A stretch of 8,120 bases of DNA from a virus (taxonomy: Duplodnaviria; Heunggongvirae; Uroviricota; Caudoviricetes), in IMG/VR virus record IMGVR_UViG_3300026224_000022; one strand, 5' to 3'. The notes under the pieces were generated by a model, which did no database searches, was not told the DNA's origin, and saw nothing but the letters and a program-made list of their open reading frames with translations. A program made the translations under genes and the position numbers. Below, in pieces: positions 5,742-8,120 of this stretch. Numbering within the stretch: the first letter of the stretch is position 1; every line of letters begins with the position of its first letter.

Positions 5742-6550
5742 TGACCACATTTACCGATAAAGAACTGATTAAAGAAATCAAAGAACGAATCAGCAGCATG
5801 GACGTGCGAGACAATGTTGAGCGCCGTGCTTATGAAATTGCTCTGGCATCGCTGGAAGAGGATCCGGTGGCATGGCTGCATTCAGACAATGGCTTAGGTA
5901 TTCCGGCAATAACCAGGAGTAAAAACATTGCTGACAGTTGGTTATCAAAGGGCTGGTATGTTCAGCCGCTATATATAGCCAAGCCAGTGCCGGTGGTGCC
6001 AGATGCTCGTCCGTCTTTAAATAATGGCATAGTCGGTTTTGATGAAGGCTGGAACGCCTGCCGCGCTGCCATGCTCTATGGTGCCGTACCTGCAAGCCAG
6101 GCTTACAAGTTGCCACAAACGCAGTTTAAACAGGTTGCTGACCTCTACGAAATGCAATTTGATGACGGTCGCACTTGTGCCTTTCACACTGATGCGCAAA
6201 AGGCTGTGCAATGGCTTCAGGCGTGCGACGGAAACAGGGTTCAGGAATACGTTAAGCTGGAACGATTGCAGAACGCACTGTCTGGCAACTCTCCGGTAAC
6301 TCCGGATGGTTGGGTTATGGTGCCGAAGAGACTAACAGCCGAGAACGGCGCTAAGGGGGCGCTATCCGGTGAATTTTCAGAAACTACGTTTATAAGCTGC
6401 CTGGAATGCTTTGGCGATGATGATTGCGATACCTGTGACGGGAGCGGACGTATTGAAATTAAAGTGCCAGTCACGTGGTCGACCATAAAATCTATCTGGG
6501 ATAAAGGTATCGAGTATTTTGCAGCAAAACCATCACAAGAGGTGAAGTGA
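5741..6550 (+). CDS. Hypothetical protein, 269 aa, with C-terminal CxxC...CxxCxGxG zinc-knuckle motif (full-length counterpart of the YfdT position)
   Basis: ATG at 5741 overlaps the upstream stop (TAATG), with GGAG 4 nt upstream. C-terminal CLECFGDDDCDTCDGSG (nt 6398..6448) is a DnaJ-type CxxCxGxG-like motif with four Cys. The K-12 gene at this position is only 101 aa, so this copy appears intact. Confidence 0.85.
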   Translation: MTTFTDKELIKEIKERISSMDVRDNVERRAYEIALASLEEDPVAWLHSDNGLGIPAITRSKNIADSWLSKGWYVQPLYIAKPVPVVPDARPSLNNGIVGFDEGWNACRAAMLYGAVPASQAYKLPQTQFKQVADLYEMQFDDGRTCAFHTDAQKAVQWLQACDGNRVQEYVKLERLQNALSGNSPVTPDGWVMVPKRLTAENGAKGALSGEFSETTFISCLECFGDDDCDTCDGSGRIEIKVPVTWSTIKSIWDKGIEYFAAKPSQEVK

Positions 6551-7122
6551 TGAACAACTTAATGATCGACCTTGAGACGATGGGGAAAAATAAGGATGCA
6601 CCGATCGTTTCCATTGGCGCGGTGTTCTTCACTCCAGAAACCGGAGACATCGGACAAGAATTCTATACGGTTGTTAGCCTGGAAAGTGCTATGGGGCAAG
6701 GAGCTACACCTGACGGCGATACCATCCTGTGGTGGTTGAAACAAAGCCCTGAAGCACGAGCTGCAATCTGTATTGATGATACTTTGTCGATCAGCGATGC
6801 TCTCTCAGAACTAAATCATTTCATTAACCGGCACGCAGACAATACGAAATATTTAAAAGTCTGGGGTAACGGAGCCACCTTCGACAACGTAATTTTACGT
6901 GGAGCTTATGAGCGAGCAGGACAAATCTGCCCGTGGGCATACTGGAATGACCACGATGTACGCACGATCGTTACGCTTGGGCGTTCCATCGGATTCGACC
7001 CCAAAATGGACATGCCTTTCGATGGCGAACGGCACAACGCCCTGGCTGATGCCCGTCATCAGGCAAAATATGTTTCCGCTATCTGGCAGAAATTAATTCC
7101 TGCCACCAGCACAGAATTATGA
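6550..7122 (+). CDS. DEDDh-type 3'-5' exonuclease, 190 aa
   Basis: ATG at 6550 overlaps the upstream stop (TGATG), with GAGG about 7 nt upstream. Motifs MIDLET (Exo I: D, E), WGNGATFDNVIL (Exo II: D) and HNALADARH (Exo III: H...D) are present. In K-12 CPS-53 only a 46-aa fragment (ypdJ) remains here, as recalled. Confidence 0.85.
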   Translation: MNNLMIDLETMGKNKDAPIVSIGAVFFTPETGDIGQEFYTVVSLESAMGQGATPDGDTILWWLKQSPEARAAICIDDTLSISDALSELNHFINRHADNTKYLKVWGNGATFDNVILRGAYERAGQICPWAYWNDHDVRTIVTLGRSIGFDPKMDMPFDGERHNALADARHQAKYVSAIWQKLIPATSTEL

Positions 7123-7158
7123 TTTTCCCGGGTGCAGCCGGTTTTGATGGAGAAAATT

Positions 7159-7440
7159 ATGAACACCTTGTTTTTACTGATGGCTGAATTCAATACCCCT
7201 AACATTGAACTCTCAGCAGTTAGCCAAAAGTACTTTGGCATGAGTCCAGCCACGGCAGAAGCAAAAGCAAACGCTTGTAAGTTGCCCGTTCCAACATATC
7301 GCATCGGCACATCACAAAAAGCAAAACGTTGCATCAATATTCAGGATCTTGCGGAATACATAGACAAAAGACGAGAAGAAGGACGTATCGAGTGGGAACA
7401 GGTCAGAACAAGCAAACAGAAGGGCAAAGAACATCACTAA
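7159..7440 (+). CDS. PrtN-family / excisionase-like small DNA-binding protein, 93 aa
   Basis: ATG at 7159 with GGAG (7149..7152) 6 nt upstream; the track start at 7132 is GTG. N-terminus MNTLFLLMAEF... and a basic C-terminal half resemble PrtN-type pyocin activator/excisionase-like proteins (by-eye, from memory). It is the last gene of the plus operon, in the same terminal position torI occupies in KplE1. Confidence 0.7.
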   Translation: MNTLFLLMAEFNTPNIELSAVSQKYFGMSPATAEAKANACKLPVPTYRIGTSQKAKRCINIQDLAEYIDKRREEGRIEWEQVRTSKQKGKEHH

Positions 7441-7446
7441 ATAAAA

Positions 7447-7468
7447 AACCCGCCTAAAGGCGGGTTTT
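7447..7468. terminator. Bidirectional rho-independent terminator
   Basis: AAAAAACCCGCC-TAAA-GGCGGGTTTT: 6-bp GC stem CCCGCC/GGCGGG (7449..7454 with 7459..7464) flanked by an A-run and a T-run. Lies between the convergent stops at 7440 (plus) and 7488 (minus). Confidence 0.75.
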
Positions 7469-7487
7469 CAAAAAGCACCAGCTATGA

Positions 7488-7661
7488 TCATGCTGCTTTG
7501 CGACGACGAAGCTTACCCTGCTGCTCTTTACCAGAGACAGTAGCGTGAGTGAACGCATTAGGAGCAGCCTTCATCAGAACTTCAACAGCAGCACCCATAC
7601 CTGCGAATGCTTTCATTGTGTCGAACTTAACCTGTGGCTTGGTTGCTTTTTGATCTTCCAT
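7488..7661 (-). CDS. Small protein, 57 aa, Ala/Lys-rich (absent from the ORF track, below its length cutoff)
   Basis: Hand translation of the minus strand: ATG at 7661..7659 with AGGAG 6 nt upstream; MEDQKATKPQVKFDTMKAFAGMGAAVEVLMKAAPNAFTHATVSGKEQQGKLRRRKAA; stop TGA at 7490..7488, followed by the bidirectional terminator. Confidence 0.6.
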   Translation of the reverse strand: MEDQKATKPQVKFDTMKAFAGMGAAVEVLMKAAPNAFTHATVSGKEQQGKLRRRKAA

Positions 7662-7700
7662 AGAAAACTCCTGAAGTTATACCGAAACAATTCCTGTTGT

Positions 7701-8120
7701 TTACTCATCATCAATAGATGATACGCAATATTTATTTTTAAATTTAAGGTTCTTTGGCGTAACTTCATCAGAGATATCAAAACCGTCCAGAATTCTATTG
7801 AATGTAGCTTCTGGCATATCATCATGAACAGAAATCTCACCCGATCGCTGCTTTCTAACCATGTTATCCACTCGCCAAATTATAGCTTCAGCGTAAACAA
7901 CATAACTTGGATGCTTGATAAAGCGATGATCACCAGAATTCAAGACGCAAGACGGATCGTGGGGGACACCATCCTTGATACTAGAAATATTAACAACTAA
8001 AACACAATAACAATCGTTAACGGGGTAATAAACAGGATCATTACAAATCACATGAAGATGATTGCATGGCCCAGTTGGGGCAAGCACAGTTCCTTTCCTG
8101 TATGGCTGATAATCCGTCAT
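7701..8120 (-). CDS. Hypothetical protein, 139 aa or longer, AT-rich gene
   Basis: ORF begins with ATG exactly at the window edge (8120..8118), so the true N-terminus and RBS may lie outside. Stop TAA at 7703..7701. AT-rich codon usage unlike the prophage core. Several Cys/His (GPCNHLH, NDCYC, DPSC); no family recognised. Confidence 0.6.
   Translation of the reverse strand: MTDYQPYRKGTVLAPTGPCNHLHVICNDPVYYPVNDCYCVLVVNISSIKDGVPHDPSCVLNSGDHRFIKHPSYVVYAEAIIWRVDNMVRKQRSGEISVHDDMPEATFNRILDGFDISDEVTPKNLKFKNKYCVSSIDDE

Larger units (their letters stand above)
1..7470. mobile_element. Lambdoid prophage segment (immunity region plus early-left accessory operon), CPS-53/KplE1-related
   Basis: Divergent cro-like/cI-like pair with operator repeats on both sides of the repressor gene. 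Downstream same-strand operon of phage accessory genes ends in an excisionase-like gene and a terminator. The block 3472..6550 matches the order and sizes (120/274/178/120 aa) I recall for yfdP-yfdQ-yfdR-yfdS of K-12 CPS-53. Boundaries are not in the window; the right limit is set at the terminator and is uncertain. Confidence 0.8.

Noticed and set aside
4276-7337. Nested or antisense ORFs inside the yfdQ-to-PrtN genes (4276..4467, 4367..4612, 4922..5176, 5118..5303, 5699..5881, 5790..6116, 6017..6211, 6039..6299, 6241..6486, 6559..6744, 6899..7096, 7059..7337)
   Set aside because: All are fully contained in, or antisense to, longer ORFs with good starts and recognisable domains. No RBS and atypical composition.
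7613-7840. Minus ORF 7613..7840
   Set aside because: Spans the end of the 139-aa gene, the AT-rich spacer and the start of the 57-aa gene in another frame. Low-complexity product; the 57-aa frame has the RBS.
1-8120. CRISPR array, tRNA/rRNA genes, IS elements or transposase
   Set aside because: No regularly spaced direct repeats, no tRNA-like cloverleaf candidates found by eye, and no transposase-like translation or terminal inverted repeats.

Overview
This 8.1-kb window reads as the immunity region plus an early-left-type accessory operon of a lambdoid prophage from an enterobacterium. Left part, minus strand: a Cro-like HTH gene, a CII-position gene and two or three further ORFs running toward position 1. 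Centre, plus strand: a 208-aa CI-type repressor (HTH plus LexA-like S24 autocleavage hallmarks), flanked on both sides by repeats of an AACTAAG operator half-site. Then, plus strand: a 67-aa look-alike of the ClpX N-terminal zinc-binding domain, a 91-aa ORF, a convergent 80-aa ORF, a roughly 300-bp GC-rich hairpin-dense non-coding stretch, and a tightly coupled gene block that I recognise from memory as intact counterparts of the E. coli K-12 CPS-53/KplE1 genes yfdP-yfdQ-yfdR-yfdS(-yfdT), followed by a DEDDh exonuclease and a PrtN/excisionase-like gene. A bidirectional terminator and an AT-rich minus-strand two-gene cassette close the right edge. I saw no rRNA, tRNA, CRISPR array or transposase. 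The most interesting candidates are the ClpX-ZBD mimic at the first position after the repressor, the GC-rich structured element, and the AT-rich terminal cassette. All homology statements come from reading translations by eye and from memory; nothing was searched. In the ORF track, M at an ORF start can stand for GTG (seen at 4825, 7132, 6547, 519), so I re-picked starts using ATG plus Shine-Dalgarno (SD) evidence.
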